64,000 nucleotides of DNA from an uncultured Gammaproteobacteria bacterium (GTDB lineage Bacteria; Patescibacteriota; Patescibacteriia; SG8-24; DYFX01), in contig CAZHHN010000001.1 in the NCBI GenBank assembly GCA_964532415.1, forward strand, positions 11,946 through 75,945, read 5' to 3'. Each line of letters opens with the position of its first letter. Within the stretch, counting starts at the first letter, position 1. Below, piece after piece: positions 63,234 to 64,000 of the stretch. Below the pieces are notes generated by a model. It made no database searches and was not told the DNA's origin. It worked only from the letters and a program-made list of their open reading frames with translations. A program made the position numbers and the translations under genes.

Positions 63234-64000
63234 CGATCCCGCTTGACATCCCGGACGTGCTTCAGCCGTACCTGCTTCCGGTCGCGGCCGGCGTGGGGGG
63301 GCTTTTCGTTTTTCTGATCGCCCTGCGCATCCTGCGCCGCGTCCTGACGGCGCGCGCGCGGGTGGCGCGGGCCTTCGACAACGTCGTGCTTTCGATCATG
63401 GTTCCCAAAGAATCGGGCGACAAGGATGCCGGCACGCGCGAAAAATCTCTACAGGAAATCCAGGCCGCCATCGCGCTGGCCGAAGGCGTCTTCAAGAGCA
63501 TCGGCGGCTTGCATGCCGAGCGCGGCTTCAAGGCCTGGCTGACCGGCCGCAGCGACGTGATCGGCTTCGAGATCGTGGCGCAGGGCGGCTTGGTGTCGTT
63601 CTACATCGCCGTGCCGCGTGAATCGAAGAGCTTCATCGAGCAGCAGGTCCATGCCCAGTATCCGCTGGCGCAGATCGAGGAGGCGGCCGACTACGACATC
63701 TTCCAGCCGACCGCCCAGGTCGCCAGCGCGCATCTCATCTTCAACCGCGAGCATTTCTTCCCGCTCAAATCCTACAAGAAGCTCGAAACCGATCCGCTCA
63801 ACGCCCTGACGAACGCGCTTGCCAAGGTCGAATCCGGCGACGGCGCGGCCATCCAGCTGCTCGTCCGCTCGGCCCGCAAAGAATGGCGGGAGAAAGGCAT
63901 CAAGATCGCCTCGCTCATGCAGCAGGGGCGTTCGTACGATCAGGCGCGCAAAAAGATCGGCCCGTTCGGTTTTCTGGCCGGCGGCGACAAAAAGCACGAG
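63230..64000 (+). CDS. Hypothetical membrane-anchored protein, 3' partial (runs off window end)
   Basis: ATGA overlap with the upstream gene. The frame is open to the end of the window. N-terminal TM (LLPVAAGVGGLFVFLIALRIL). Absent from the ORF track because no stop is reached. Confidence 0.5.
   Translation, partial: MTIPLDIPDVLQPYLLPVAAGVGGLFVFLIALRILRRVLTARARVARAFDNVVLSIMVPKESGDKDAGTREKSLQEIQAAIALAEGVFKSIGGLHAERGFKAWLTGRSDVIGFEIVAQGGLVSFYIAVPRESKSFIEQQVHAQYPLAQIEEAADYDIFQPTAQVASAHLIFNREHFFPLKSYKKLETDPLNALTNALAKVESGDGAAIQLLVRSARKEWREKGIKIASLMQQGRSYDQARKKIGPFGFLAGGDKKHE

Overview
This 64 kb window is a high-GC bacterial chromosomal segment with dense, frequently overlapping genes (many ATGA/TGATATG junctions). 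Nearly all the long antisense ORFs in the six-frame track are GC-driven artefacts.

Housekeeping genes:
- Left part: an M16 peptidase 3' fragment, tpiA, a TPR protein, a tRNA cluster (Thr-Tyr-Thr) followed by rpmG and tRNA-Trp, ung, a NUDIX fusion, a SAM methyltransferase, an alkaline-phosphatase-superfamily phosphodiesterase, an Smr protein, a GT-B glycosyltransferase and a clan GH-A glycosidase.
- Right part: rarA, PBP2/FtsI, murF, a Hanks Ser/Thr kinase, tRNA-Glu, dus, a short YidC, an SPFH protein, hrcA (with CIRCE), grpE, an Hsp20, dnaK, dnaJ and cysS.

Accessory content, three blocks:
1. A type IV pilus / competence-like cluster (13.3-29.5 kb). It runs GAF membrane sensor, PAS histidine kinase, two CheY-like single-domain regulators, pilB, pilC, three pseudopilins, a 1393-aa pilin-like giant protein built from three WNGTxWS beta-propeller-like modules, a PilM-PilN fusion and two tandem major-pilin paralogs.
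2. A Tc-toxin BC-like RHS polymorphic toxin locus (30.3-39.0 kb). The 3' tip of the RHS gene and the 2.6 kb downstream are visibly AT-richer. This foreign cassette carries a lytic-transglycosylase-like C-terminal toxin, a small membrane putative immunity protein, an AlbA_2 (Schlafen-like) protein and a PIN nuclease. The displaced ancestral RHS tip survives as a start-less fragment next to tRNA-Pro.
3. A low-GC HEPN-like gene inserted between grpE and dnaK.

Other items worth noting are an 850-aa tail-fibre-like secreted protein with a peptidase-S74 intramolecular-chaperone C-terminus, a 2.4 kb islet of unknown genes replacing the usual secE-nusG neighbourhood after tRNA-Trp, and an ~840 bp ORF-poor intergenic region (50.0-50.9 kb) full of hairpins that may encode a structured RNA.

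No CRISPR array, rRNA or transposase was seen.
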